Shown piece after piece: positions 11,795 to 25,298 of a DNA stretch of 64,000 bases (position 1 is the stretch's first letter; every line of letters starts with the position of its first letter). Origin of the DNA: Sphyrna mokarran (taxonomy: Eukaryota); contig JAGIQG010000009.1 of the NCBI GenBank assembly GCA_024679065.1, positions 102,610,001-102,674,000 on the forward strand, read 5' to 3'. The translations under genes were made by a program, and so were the position numbers. The notes below the pieces were generated by a model. That model was not told the origin of the DNA and did no database searches. It saw only the letters and a program-made list of their open reading frames with translations.

Positions 11795-12670
11795 GTTTAA
11801 TTGCAATTGTATAGGGTGTTGGTGAGGCCACACCTGGAGTATTGTGTGCAGTTTTGTTGTCCTTATTTGAGGGAGGTGTCCTTGCTCTAGAGAGAATGCA
11901 ACAGAGATTTACCAGACTGATTATTGGGATGGCAGTCTGTTATATGAAGAGGGACTAAGTTGGTTAAGATTATATTCACTGGAGTTTAGAAGAGTGAGAG
12001 GGGATCACATAGAAACATAAAAATCTAACAGGGTTAGATTAGGTAGATTCAGAAATAATGTTCCTGATTATGGGGGAGTCCAGAACTAGGGATCATAGTT
12101 TGAGGATAAGGATATACCTTGTAGGACTGAGGTGAGGGAAATCTCTTCACTTAGAGGGTGGTGAATGTTTGGAATTCACTACCATAGTAGCTGAGGACAA
12201 AACATTGTGTGATTTTGAGGAGGGATTAGATATAGCTCTTGGGGCCAAGGGGATCAAGGCTTGGGTTGTTTTCTCTGGAGCAGGGAAGATTGAGGGGCAA
12301 CCTGATTGAGATGCTCAAGATTATGAGGGGCATGGACAGGGTGGATAGGGAGCAGCTGTTCCTCTTAGTTGAAGGGTCAGTTATGAGAGGACACAAGTTA
12401 AAAGTGAGAGGTGGAGGTTTTGGGGACATTTAGGGAAAAACTTTTCACCCAGAGGGCACTGACGGTCTGGAATGTGCTGCGTGGGAGGATGGTGGAAGCA
12501 GGATGCCTCATATCCTTTAAACAGTATTTGGATGAGAGCGTGGCATGCCATAACATTTCAAGGCTATAGGCCAACTGCAGGCAAGTGGGATTAGGTGGGC
12601 AGGTCAGAGCCTTTCATGCATCGGTGCAGACTCGATGGGCCAAAGGGCCTCTTCTGCACTGCAGTATTCT
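11795..12670 (+). mobile_element. Two nested, degraded CR1 3' fragments
   Basis: RPHLEYCVQF-like and LFSLEQGRLRGNL sequences plus CR1 tails; similar relics at ~15868-16007 with 22796-23230(-), 30598-31060(-), 31850-32215(-), 48750-49335(+) and 53040-53395(-). Confidence 0.75.
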
Positions 12671-12943
12671 GTGATAAGTGGCAGAAAGTGGCATCAGGAT
12701 ATTGAATTTAATGATCATCCAAGATCCAAATGAATGGTGGAGCAGGCTGGAAGGACAGAATGGTCTATTCCTGCTTCCAATATTTATATGTATTGGGATA
12801 CTTGGTGATAGGATTATGGAGTTAAAGATTCTTCTCTGGGTTGAAGCGTTATGAGATGTGTAAAAGACTTCTTAGTGACAGCGCTAGCAGTTAATGCTGA
12901 GCAACAATGTGGTCTTAATTCTCGGTCCTGTTTATCTTTTCAG

Positions 12944-13213
12944 AAGTACTTCCTGAACCTTCAATTGTTGGCAATTCCACCTGCATGGATACCACTATTG
13001 AATTGACCTGTCGAGTATCTGCAGGGACAGCGAGCTCCACTCTCTGGTGGAAAGATGATGAAATGATAACAGATGGCCAACATTATCAACTAATGAAAAA
13101 CAACAGCACATTGATTATTCCCAGAGCCATCAAGTCAAATTGCGGGAATTATACTTGCATCGTGGAGAACCCTGTTAGCAAGAGGACCAAGTCATACGCT
13201 CTTACTATTCACG
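12944..13213 (+). CDS. Ig-5TM gene exon 3: C2-set Ig domain
   Basis: TTTTCAG| acceptor and G|GTGAGT donor, phase 1-1; EVLPEPSIVGNSTCMDTTIELTC..WWKD..NNSTLII..CGNYTCIVENPVS. Confidence 0.92.
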
Positions 13214-13304
13214 GTGAGTCAAGCCAGGTACTTAGTTGCAAGAACAGGAATTGTTGGATGATATCAGCAGGTCTGGCAATATCTAAGGAGAGAAAAAAAT
13301 ATAG

Positions 13305-13805
13305 TTTTGATTTGATTTTGGTTTGATTTGCTTTATCAGTGCCACAAGTATTAGTATACAGTGAAAAGTATTGTTTCTTCCATCCTGTACAGACAAAGCC
13401 TATATTTAATAGAGAAGGAAAAGATAGAGTGCAGAATGTAGTGTTATATCTAGGACGTAGAAAAAGATCAACTTAGTGCAAGGTTAGCACATTCAAAAGT
13501 TTGATTGCAGCAGGGTAGAAGCTGTTCTTGAGCTAGTTGATATGTGTATCTTTTTCCCGAAGAAAGAAGGTGGAAGAGAGAATGTCCATGGTGGCGCGGG
13601 GTCCTTAATTACATTGGCTGCTTTGCTAAGGCAGTGGGAAGTGTAGACAGTCGATGGATGGGATGTTGGTTTGCATGGTGGATTGCGCTACATTTCACAA
13701 TCTTTGTAGTTTCTTGCAGTCTTGGTCAGAGCAGGAACCATACCAAGCTGTGATATAGCCAGAAAGAATTCTTTCTATGGTGCATCTGTAAAAGTTGGTG
13801 AGAGT
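13305..13805 (-). mobile_element. Rex1/Babar-type LINE 3' fragment (representative copy)
   Basis: (TCAAA)n tail and RT C-terminal coding relics in the family; other copies at ~25605-25824 with 26915-27250(-), 27250-27780(-), 38890-39500(+), 40305-40675(+) and 41245-41810(-). Confidence 0.65.
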
Positions 13806-15607
13806 GTTGGTCAATGGATTCAAAATGTTAACTCTGCTTCTCTCTCCCCAGATGCTGCCAGACCTGCTGGGTTTATCCAGATAGTTACTTTCCGACTGAA
13901 AAATAATATTTCAGTGATATCCCTTGCATTCAACCTTTAACATTGTGTTCTACTATTCTCATTTTTTTTTAACATGGACTGGCCCACAAATGATCTGAAA
14001 TATGAAAGAGAATGGAAAAATCATGGAGTGATATTGCACAATTTAAACCATTTTCCTGCCATTTGCTTTTCAGTTAGCCGTGGCAGTCAGAGGTTATGGG
14101 CAAGAAGTTCGATGTGGGAAGCAGAAAATATTCAGTTTGTGCCCAGTGAAACAGTCACTTCATGGACAGAGTTGAATGTACTTTACACTGCATCCTAAAT
14201 ACATAATAGCATTGAATCCATGAAGCGGGGAGGGTTGTGTCTTCTAGCATACAAGATCTTGATAACTATACCTGTAGTGTGAAATGTTACTGCCTACTCT
14301 GATTTGGGAAGCAGTCTAAGTTAAAAATAATGGCAGGAATTCTCTGGTCTCCTACGCCAACACTGTCAGTGAGAATGGAAAATTTGGCACTCAGCCAAAT
14401 CTCCATTCATGGCGGTGGGACTGGAGAATCCCAGATGCAGATGAGGTTGGAGATTTTGGCCAATGTATCTGTTTTAGATGAAAAGGTGGGGTAGAGGAGG
14501 GAAGAGTGAGGCCCTTAAGTGATATTTTATAATAGAGAATAGTAGAATCACAGAATCCCTCCAGTACAGAATGAGGCCAGTGGGCCCATTAAGTTTACAG
14601 GGACAACCATCCCGCCCAGGCCCTAATCCCATTTATTTACTTTGCTAATCTTCCTGAACAAAGGAACAATTTACTACCTAACCCACACATCTTTTGGAAT
14701 GTGGGAGGAAACCAGAGAAAACCCTCGCAGGCATGGGAAGAACGTGCAGAGTCCACACAGACAGTCACCTGAGGCTGGAATTGAACCTGGGTCCCTGACA
14801 CTGTGAGGCAGCAGTGCTAACCACTGTAGCAGACAGTGGTCAATGTTGCATTCCTGGTGATTTGGAATGGGAATGAGATAATAGCATTTTACATGGTCTA
14901 GCCAGATACGGCAGTGAATGGACAAGCCAGAAGTCCACCATATCTGGTCAAGTCTGCATCCCTCGGATTTGTAAAGGAGCAGAGATAAGAACCACATTGA
15001 GTGAGCGGCCAGGGTGAGAGACAGCATTGGTTTGACTGGGGGCCAAGGCGTCAAAGGTGGGGATGAGGATGTAGTTGGGTAAATCAGTAGCTCCAGATAT
15101 GTCGTACTGAACAGAGGGTGAAAGGCTAGGCAGTTGGAACTTTTTAACTGCTGTCGTAAATAAATTTGCAACAAGCGTTTTCCATGAGTGATGCAGCAAG
15201 CAAGTTAAGAGATTCATAAGAGTTTCATTTGGGCTGGTGTAAGGGCTGAGTTGGACAATGGTGTGAAGAAAGAGGGAAGCCAATTTTAGTGATAGGTTTA
15301 TGGATTAGGAAGTTCAGCCCAGGTCTGAAGAAGATGAAATGTATTCAAGCTATACTATGTAATGTTACTGTATTCACTGATGTTGTCTTATTCTCAGACC
15401 TGTTTAATTGTTCAGAATGATTTTGTATATTTCGGTCGCTATTAATTCTATCTATATGATAACCAGCACGTGGAGGACCTTGCTACTAATACAGGAGGTG
15501 TATTAATGTTAACACAGCAGACTTCAATTGCTACATTTATGAGAGGCATTTACATTTTGCGATCTGGTTTGGCTAGAAGTGTAACAAAAATAATATTTCT
15601 ATTTCAG

Positions 15608-15721
15608 GTCTTACAAATATACACTGTGGCACCGTGGCATTTTCCATCGCTGCTCTTGTGACTGCTGTTGTCACATTGTTAACTGCTGCTATAAGCGTTT
15701 TGAGTAAGCATTGCAAAGAAA
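15608..15721 (+). CDS. Ig-5TM gene exon 4: stalk and TM1 (GLTNIHCGTVAFSIAALVTAVVTLLTAAISVLSKHCKE)
   Basis: ATTTCAG| acceptor; two alternative phase-1 donors (after 15703 and after 15721); long hydrophobic stretch. Confidence 0.8.
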
Positions 15722-18700
15722 GTAAGAGAAATTGTTCTTTGTCCAGTTTTGTATTAAAAAAGTTAAATCTTATTAGAAATCCTGTGAAATCTTTAAGTAT
15801 TAAATTTTGGACCTCGAGTTTCAGCATCATTACTTTAATTGTGTGAATAATTTCTGCTCCAGTATTAAAAAGAACAAAGAAAGGTACAGCTCAGGAACAG
15901 GCCTTTTGGTCCTCCAAGCCCTTTCTCTTATGATGCCGTAACCAAACTAAAAAAGAAACCTTCTGCCCTTAGTCCGTATCTCTCTATTCCCTTCCTATTT
16001 GTGTATGGGGAGTCAGGGAACATGCCGTGTCCTTTCAGGGTGCTTTGTCCCCACCTGACGCTCAGCTCTCACCCGTGGCTCCCCGTAGCTGTTTGCATGT
16101 GACAGCGGCCACACCCTGGGCAATGGCCCCGACAATTTGGCTGAACCAGGTGAGGGTAGCCGACTTGTCTCAACCCTCGGTGAGGTAGGGGGATGTCTAT
16201 CCCAGCGTGTGAAGACAGACTCCGGCAGATTGAGCAGATGAGACCGATGGAAGGTCCAACGATCAAGAAGGTGGTCTCTGCAATCGTTGTGGAACTCTAA
16301 GAGCAGGCCAAGATACGGAAGACATCCTGGTCACCCACTGCGCCTAGTCTCACCTCCAGCCATCTTGACTCTTGTCTTGCCACTGGATCTAGGTGAGAAT
16401 TGGGAAGAGAGAGTGACGCTGGGCAACTCTCCCTCACTTTAATCCAAATCAAGCACTAGTTTCAACACCATCACCATCATCTTCAGTTCAACCCTTGAAG
16501 TCCTGTGGTGATGGGCGAGTGATGAAGCAGCAGGTATGGATACACTGGGAGCTGTAGTCACCAACCTGCACACAGACAGATCAGATCCAACGGCTGTTTC
16601 TCGCTGAGTGAAGCAGCAGTGGAACTCGGCATCAACCTGGGCGACTGAGCAGTTCCTCTTCAGGAACGCACTGCTCACCTCCATAGAATGAGGAAGGGAC
16701 TAGAAAAGGTACCTTAAACATTGCCTGCTTCACTACACTCCGGCCACTTTACCGCGGCTGGTGGGGATCCCATCTTGTGCTTGAACAAACAAAATAAAAC
16801 ACAAGGTTGACACCATTCGCCAGTGGCACTTGGAACGTGCACACGCTTTTGGATAACCCTACAGCAGACAGACCAGAGAGAAAAACAGTTGCCAGAGAGC
16901 TTGTAAGATACAACATTGACATTGCAGCCCTGAGTGAAACTCGTCTTGCCGACGTTGACTGAAACTGGAGGTGGATACACTTTTTCCTGGAGCGGTCATG
17001 GCAGCGATGAGCGTCGTGATGCTGGAATTGAATTCGCTGTCAGGAGTCACCTTGTTTGGAAACTTGACAGTTTACCCAAGGGTGTGAACGACCGGCTTAT
17101 GACATTACAGCTCCTCCTACAGAACAGAAGTCAAGCCACCCTGATCAGCACCTACGCCCCCACAATGAAGAACCGGACGAGATGAAAGACAAGTTCTACG
17201 AAGAACTAGACACCCTTTTATCGCAATGAGCAATACCGACAAGCTGATCTTGCTTGGCGATTTCACTGCAAGAGTGGAGTGTGACTCTGCAATCTGACAG
17301 GGAGTCGCTGGGAGGCATGGAGTGGAAAAGTGTAACAGTAACGGCCTATTCTTACTGAAGACCTGTGCACACACAACCTCCTCATCACCAACACAACCTT
17401 CTATCTGCCTATCCGTAACAAGACCTCCTGAATGCACCCCCCACGCTCTAAGCATCGGCATTTATCGACTATATCATTGTCAGGAGAAAAGACAGGCAGG
17501 ATGTCAGAGAGACCAAGGCCATGTGTGGTGCTGACCGCTGGACAAATCACAGCCTCATCGTATGCAAAATGAGGCTCCGCATCAGACCCAAGAGGCGACC
17601 ACAAGGAAGCAAGGTTATGAAAAGAATCAACGCGGCCAAGCTAAAGAACCCCAGCATAACTTCAGCACTGACTGAAAACTTAGAAATCAAGCTTGCTGAC
17701 CTACACCTCGCAGGCAGCACTGAGGATGACTGGGAATGCTTCAGTCATCTGACTGAAGATGCTCGAGCCCTCCATCCGCAAGCAGCAATGATTGGTTCGA
17801 TGAGAATGATGAGGAGATAAAGTTGAACTTGTTGAAAAGCACCGTCTGCATTGGGCCTGTCAGAACGACCCATCTTCAGCTGCTAAAAAAAATGCTTTTA
17901 CCAGTGCTCGCAGGACAGTCCAGAATCAACTGTGTAAAATGCAGGATGCCTGGCTGAGCACCAAAGCAGATGAAATACAGGGATACGCAGATGGAAACTA
18001 CTTGAAATGGATCTGTGACGCCCTCAACACTCTCTACGGATCTCAATCTCTCGGGAGTTCACCCCTCCTGAATACAGATGGTACTAGTCTCATTCCAGAG
18101 AAGGCTCAGATCCTGCAGAGATGGGCTGAACACTTTGAAACTATCCTCAACCAACTGTCATCTATTAACGATGAGGGAATAGAGAGGATTTCCCAGACTG
18201 ATATCAACAGCACCATGGATGACCCGACAGTAGTAGCCGAAGTCACAAAAGCTATCAGCTAGCTATCCAGTGGCAAAGCCCCACGGGCAGGTACCATACC
18301 CGCAGAGATCCATAAAGCTGCTGGTCCTGTACTTATCGAGAAGCTCACCAAGTTGTCCCAGACCTTTTGGAAGCAAGGATTCATTCCTCAGGAATTTAAA
18401 GATGCTTCCATCGTACACCTCTACAAGAGGAAGGGCAATCGGCAAATATGCAACAACCAGTGAGGAATCTCGCTGCTCTCCATCACAGGAAAAACCCATG
18501 CAAGAGTCCGCTAAATTATCTGGTCACTCATCTGGAGCTGGGCCTGCTTCCAGAGTCACAGGGTAGCTTCTGCAAAGGTCGTGGGACTATTGACATGATT
18601 TTTGCTGTGCATCAACTTCAAGAGAAGTGTCAGGAGCAGAATTGTGAGCTCTAAACAACCTTTGTTGACCTCACGAAAGCCTTTGATATCATAAGCTAAC

Positions 18701-19037
18701 AAGGCCTGTGGAGGATTATGTCAAAGTTCGATTGCCCTCCTCCCAAATTCATTCAGATCATATGCCAGTTCCATGATGGCCAGAGAATCCTCTGAGGCAT
18801 TCCCAGTCACCAATGGTGTCAAACAGGGCTGTGTGCTCACATCACACTGCTTGGCATGATGTTTACTGCCATGTTGAATGATGCCTTCCAGGACAGTGTT
18901 GCTGGAATCAGCCTCAAGTACAGAGTGGATGGGAAGCTCTTCAACCTGAGGAGACTTCAAGCTACTACCAAAGTGAAAGAGACTGTTCTGAGAGATTTCC
19001 TCTTTGCTGATGACTGCACCCTGTATGCTGGTTCAAA

Positions 19038-21809
19038 CTCAGTAAAGTTTTGCAACACCAATTTTAAATCCAACCAATTTATTTGATAGTAAATCCGCGA
19101 GCTTTCGACACTATGTTGTGCCTTCGTCAGGCAAATGCAGTGTTCTGATCTGCAGAGGCACTCAAATCCACACAGACAGTTACAGATTGCTGATTAGAAT
19201 GCGAATCCTTACATCTAACCTGCTATTCAAGTGTTAAAGTGGCTAACAATGTGTGTGAAGGGAATCCTGAGCATTGGTTAGAGAATTGTGTATTTTCTCC
19301 AGACAGCACAGTAAGTGAGGTTTTTTGCTAACCCAGGCAAGTTACGGGGGTTACAGATAGTGTGTCATGAAGCCAAGATCCCTGTTAAGACCATCCTCGT
19401 GTGCGGAGCTTGGCTATCAGTCTCTGCTCAGCGACTCTGCGCTGTCGTGTATCACGAAAGCCCCCTTGAAGAACATTTACCCGCAGGTCGGAGGCCGAAT
19501 GCCCATGACTGCTGAAGTGTTCGCCCACAGGAAGGGAACGGTTTTGCCTGGTGATTGTTGAGCGATGCTCATTCATCCGCTGTCATAGTGTCTGCATGGT
19601 CTCCCCAATGTACCATGCTTCGGGACATCATTTCTTGCAACGTATTAGGTAGACAATGTTGGCCGAGTTGCAAGAGTATGTACCGTGTACCTGGTGATTG
19701 GTATCCTCACGTTTGATGATGTCGTCCATGTCTATGATCTGACATGTCTTGCAGAGGTTGCTGTGGCAGGGTTGTGTGGTATTGTGGTCACTGTTCTCCT
19801 GAAGGTTGGGTAGTTTGCTGCGAACAATGATCTGTTTAAGGTTGTGCGGTTGTCTGAAAGCAAGAAGTGGGGGGGGGGATGTCCCTAGCGAGATGTTCAT
19901 CGTCATCGATGACATGTTGAAGACTCCGGAGAAGATGTCGTAGCTTCTCCGCTCCAGGGAAGTACTGGACAACAAAGGGTACTCTGTCTACCTTGTCCCG
20001 TGTTCGTCTTCTGAGGAGGTCAGTGCGGTTTTTCGCTGTGGCACGTTGGAACTGTTGATTAATGAGTCGAGCGCCATATCCTGTTCTCACGAGGGCATCC
20101 TTCAGCGTCTGGAGGTGTCTGTCACGATGCTCCTCATCTGACAAATTCTGTGTATACGGAGGGCTTGTCCATAGGGAATGGCTTCTTTAACGTGTCCAGG
20201 GTGGAAGCTGGAGAAGTGGAGCATTGTGAGGTTGTCTGTCGGTTTGCGGTACAGTGAGGTGCTGAGGTGACCGTCCTTGATGGAGATGCGTGTGTCCAAG
20301 AATGCAACTGATTCTGGAGAATAGTCCATGGTGAGTCTGATGGTGGGATGGAACTTGTTGATATCATCATACAGTTGTTTCAATGATTGTTCACCATGAG
20401 TCCAAAGGAAAAAGATGTCATCAATCATTGAAACAACTGTATGATGATATCAACAAGTTCCATCCCACCATCAGACTCACCATGGACTATTCTCCAGAAT
20501 CAGTTGCATTCTTGGACACACGCATCTCCATCAAGGACGGTCACCTCAGCACCTCACTGTACCGCAAACCGACAGACAACCTCACAATGCTCCACTTCTC
20601 CAGCTTCCACCCTGGACACGTTAAAGAAGCCATTCCCTATGGACAAGCCCTCCGTATACACAGAATTTGTCAGATGAGGAGCATCGTGACAGACACCTCC
20701 AGACGCTGAAGGATGCCCTCGTGAGAACAGGATATGGCGCTCGACTCATTAATCAACAGTTCCAACGTGCCACAGCGAAAAACCGCACTGACCTCCTCAG
20801 AAGACGAACACGGGACAAGGTAGACAGAGTACCCTTTGTTGTCCAGTACTTCCCTGGAGCGGAGAAGCTACGACATCTTCTCCGGAGTCTTCAACATGTC
20901 ATCGATGACGATGAACATCTCGCTAGGGCCATCCCCACCCCCCCACTTCTTGCTTTCAGACAACCGCACAACCTTAAACAGATCATTGTTCGCAGCAAAC
21001 TACCCAACCTTCAGGAGAACGGTGACCACAATACCACACAACCCTGCCACAGCAACCTCTACAAGACATGCCAGATCATAGACATGGACGACATCATCAA
21101 ATGTGAGGATACCATTCACCAGGTACACGGTACATACTCTTGCAACTCGGCCAACGTTGTCTACCTAATACGTTGCAAGAAAGGATGTCCCGAAGCATGG
21201 TACATTGGGGAGACCATGCAGACACTACGACAGCGGATGAATGAGCATCGCTCAACAATCACCAGGCAAAACAGTTCCCTTCCTGTGGGCGAACACTTCA
21301 GCAGTCATGGGCATTCGGCCTCCGACCTGCGGGTAAATGTTCTTCAAGGGGGCCTTCGTGACACACGACAGCGCAGAGTTGCTGAGCAGAGACTGATAGC
21401 CAAGTTCCGCACACATGAGGACGGTCTTAACAGGGATCTTGGCTTCATGACACACTATCTGTAACCCCCGTAACTTGCCTGGGTTAGCAAAAACCTCACT
21501 TACTGTGCTGTCTGGAGAAAATACACAATTCTCTAACCAATGCTCAGGATTCCCTTCACACACATTGTTAGCCACTTTAACACTTGAATAGCAGGTTAGA
21601 TGTAAGGATTCGCATTCTAATCAGCAATCTGTAACTGTCTGTGTGGATATGAGTGCCTCTGCAGATCAGAACACTGCATTTGCCTGACGAAGGCACAACA
21701 TAGTGTCGAAAGCTCGCGGATTTACTATCAAATAAATTGGTTGGATTTAAAATTGGTGTTGCAAAACTTTACTGAGTTTACTCCAGTCCAACGCCGGCAT
21801 CTCTACATC
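19038..21809. mobile_element. Penelope-like element (GIY-YIG) present as a ~1.35-kb-arm inverted duplication
   Basis: RT C-terminus (IDDIFF) and GIY-YIG (NVVYLIRC..WYIGET..RMNEH) on both strands; 13-bp TSD ATGCTGGTTCAAA at 19025-19037 and 21810-21822. Confidence 0.92.
21678..21721 (+). ncRNA. Minimal type-I hammerhead ribozyme in the PLE pLTR (mirror copy at 19093-19136, - strand)
   Basis: ATTTGC-CTGACGA-AGGCACAACATAGTGTC-GAAA-GCTC-GCGGAT: CUGANGA and GAAA cores, stems I and II pair, and a minimal palindromic stem III as known for PLE hammerheads. Confidence 0.8.
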
Positions 21810-23275
21810 ATGCTGGTTCAAAACCAGAGGTGCAAATCAATATAGACAAATTTTCCATGGCTTGTGACAATTTTGGACTCACCATCAACATTAAAAAGAT
21901 CGAAATCATACACCAGCCTACTCCTCATGCACTGTACACAGAACCCATAACCACAATCAAAGGGCAGAAACTACAGACAGTGGACCAGTTCACTTATCTT
22001 GGCAGCACCCTCTCCCAAGCAGTGATTATTGATGCAGAAGTTAACTGCAGAATAGCAGAGGCAAGTTCTGCTTTCAATGGACTGCGGTCCACTGTATGGG
22101 AACATCAAGGAATCAGTCCAGCCACAAAACTGAAGGTCTACAATGCTGTGGTACTCACCACCCACCTGTGTGCCTGTGAAACGTGGACTGTGTATCGAAG
22201 GCATTTGGGACAACTCAATTATTTCCACATGACTTTTCATTGCAGAATATTACACATCCATTGACAAGACAAAGTGCCAGACACTGAAGTTCTCTCTTGA
22301 GCAAGTCTACAATCAGTCCACACACTGCTGATGAGAGCGCAGACCCTGTGGGCAGGTCGTGTCGTCCGTATGTCAGATGAACGCAAACCCAAGCAACTCC
22401 TTTTTGATGGACTCTCTGCTAGAAGACGCTCACATTGGAGGGCAGAAGGAACGTTACAAAGATACACTCAAGGCCTCCCTGAAGTCGTTTGACATTGACA
22501 CGACCACCTGGTAAACGCTGGCACAAAACCACCCCTACCTGGCGCTGCCTCATCCGCAAAGGCTGTCAAGCTCACGCAGCAAGGTGTATTGCTGAAGCAT
22601 AACTTAAGTGCGAGCTGCACAAGTCCAGAACCACCAGCGCAATAACTACAGTGTCTACACGAGTCTATCCAATATGTGCCAGGACATTCCATTGCCCGAA
22701 TTGTCCTGATCAGTCATCTTCGGATACATCGCATCCAGCCTCAAAATGACTAATAGTGTTGAGGTCCTCATCGACGATGATGGACGAACAACAACATTCA
22801 CGTATGCATCCAAATGCCTCTTAAATGTTGCTCATGTGCCTACTTCCACCATCTCCTCTGGCCGTGTATTCCAGGTACCCATCGGTTTCTGTGTGAAAAT
22901 CTTCCCCTGCCCATCTGCCTTAAACTTTCCCCCTCTCGCCTTAAACCTGTGCCCCCTTATAATTAACACTTCCACCCTCTGGAAGTGGGAAAAAGCCTCT
23001 GACAATCCACACTGCCTATACCTCTTATAACTTTATAGACCTCTATCAGGTCCCCCCACAGCCTCCATCTTTCCAGTGAAGACAATCTTAGTTTATTCAC
23101 CCTGTCCTCCTAGTCAATGCCCTTGAGACCAGGCAACGTTCTTCTTTGCACTCTCTCCATAGCTTCCATGTCCCTCTGGTAGTATGGCGACCAGAACTGC
23201 ACACAATACTCTAAATACAGCCTAATTGAGGTTTTATGTATTATATTGTCAATATCAATTTGCTTATTTTCCCAG

Positions 23276-23380
23276 GGTTCCAGTCCGTTCAAGAGAAGCT
23301 GCAGCATTTCCTGGAATTTGCCCCAGTGCTTTCATTTATCTTTCTCCTTGTTGCGTGTGGGTGTTGGGTACAGACTGAAG
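23276..23380 (+). CDS. Ig-5TM gene exon 5: TM2 (RFQSVQEKLQHFLEFAPVLSFIFLLVACGCWVQTE)
   Basis: TTTTCCCAG| acceptor and AAG|GTATGT donor, phase 1-1, hydrophobic segment. Confidence 0.8.
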
Positions 23381-25014
23381 GTATGTTCACTTCCTGCTGT
23401 GGGTTAAATAGTGACAGGGGCAGAGTGAGGCCCTCAAGGGCCGTCACCAACGTAAAATCTGAAATTATTTCGCCTGACAGGCAGGCACGTCATGCATTGC
23501 ATTTTACAAGCCTCCTCCCTGCACCCCACTATCTTCAAACCTACCAGCCGTTGAATGTAAAAATCCTTTGGAAAATATTCCAGTGCAATAATGATGTATG
23601 AGGCTAAGAACTCGACGTTGCGAATTCTAACCTCATCATAATCACCTGGATTTGAATTAGATAAATTTGCCAGGTTGTTGGTTAGCACCGGACAAAGATT
23701 ATGAAACCTATCATTTTGGTGAACAAATCCGGGAATTGCCTTTGATCAGGTTGGACTCTTTTTAACTTCAGCTCCGAGGGAAAGCGATAGACCCTATTTA
23801 AACATCACATGTAAATGACAGTGAATGCTACAGTGATCCCTAATAATGCACTGAACTGCTGTTCTAGGTGACATCCTCAAATTTCTGAAAAGAAGCTTGA
23901 ACCTACAACCTTTGGGTTAATTTTTGTTATTCGGCTCCTAGGTTCTTTCCAAACACTCAGTTGGATGTGACAAGTCAATAGACAGGGGTTGACTCAGATT
24001 CATTTAAAATTTAACACTTTAGATACCAAACTCAAACTTACAACAGTTGCAACATTTTAATTCTTTTACTGAACTGTGTGCCAATCTGAGAAATTATGGC
24101 ACACAGTAAAATTTGAGACATGTATATAGTTTTAATGTTTGATATGTTATGACTATAATTTGTATGGAACTGTAAAGAAAAAAGTTTTAATTCTGCAATG
24201 TTTGCAATTCATAGACATGTAGATTTGCAATAGTTTATTTGAGATTTTTATGAATAAAGTATGTTTTTGGAAAAAAAAAATTAATTCTTTTACTGAAAAT
24301 TAACTCTTAACTGAACATTAACTCCAATTCATTAACTGAAAATAGATGCTACCCAATTTAGAACAAAATTGTTCTGTTCCCAATGTAGGCTCCATCCTTA
24401 TGGTCCTTCTCTGAAGATGTTCGTCAGGACACTCGTGCCATCGTTGATCTGAGTTATCACTGAAGACAAAAGAGTGAAGTGTCATTTTTATGTCCAAACT
24501 GCCCCAACCTGAAGTTCTCTGGCACCCAGACAATGGTGTAACCAGAAACTGATCACATTGTTCAACTAGGCCAATGGAGTTAGTCATAGAAAATTTTGTT
24601 TAAATGGCATGTTGGCCACATTGCCTCAACCTATATATGGGCATGGCTCTGTTGGGTCAATTTTAGTTCAAATAATTATTCTTATTTGGTCAACACATGA
24701 ATTGTCAGGTCAAAGCTCACAAACCAGATCACAGTAACTTTGCAACGAGCATCTGTGCTTAATTATAGCTTGACCAAATATCCCAACATGCTTAACTCTC
24801 ATTCACAATTGCTCTTTAAAGCTAATATTATTGTTGTTGACTACAACACTGATTTCATTCTTTCTTCATCCACGTGTACCTGTTATTAACTGATTGGCGA
24901 GATCCAGCAGCTGGAGAGTATTGCACTGCTCCATGGGAGGCCATCTCATTTTCTATCCAGTAGTATATTCGAGAATTCCATTTTAGAGACTATGTCCCTC
25001 CCTGCATGGTTTTG

Positions 25015-25298
25015 GGTGGCACAGTGGTTGGCATGGTGGTTAGCATTGCTGCCTGACAGCACGATGGACCCAGGTTGAATTCCCTGCTTGGGAACTCACT
25101 GTCTGTGCGGAGTCTATACATTCTTCCCATGTCTGTGTGGGCTTCTTCCCACAGTTTGAAAGACGTGCTGGTTAGGTGCATTGGCCATGCTAAATTCTCC
25201 TTTAGTGTACCCAAACAGGTGTCGGAGTGTGACAACAAGAGGATTTTCATTGCAGTGTTAGTGTAAGCCTGCTTGTGACATGAATAAGTAAACTTTAA
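25015..25298 (+). mobile_element. V-SINE subfamily with an alternative 3' tail (representative copy)
   Basis: Same head and V-domain, but the tail consensus is GAGTGTGGCGACTAGGGGATTTTCACAGTAACTTCATTGCAGTGTTAATGTAAGCCTACTTGTGAC..AATAAA. Also at ~1-100, 10795-10935, 33072-33366, 34030-34332, 44460-44755, 49583-49830(-), 50510-50800, 53398-53697(-), 58215-58465(-) and 59060-59342(-). Confidence 0.8.

Larger units (their letters stand above)
16008..22795 (+). mobile_element. Full-length but inactivated RTE-clade LINE (~4.0 kb excluding the nested PLE)
   Basis: APE N-terminus GTWNVHTLLD..IAALSETRL (~16830), RT motifs (FVDLTKAFD, GVKQG, LFADD), 3' end GATGGACGAACAACAAC, and an imperfect TSD ATTTGTGTATG (15997-16007) / ATTCACGTATG (22796-22806) within a CR1 relic. 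Confidence 0.85.
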
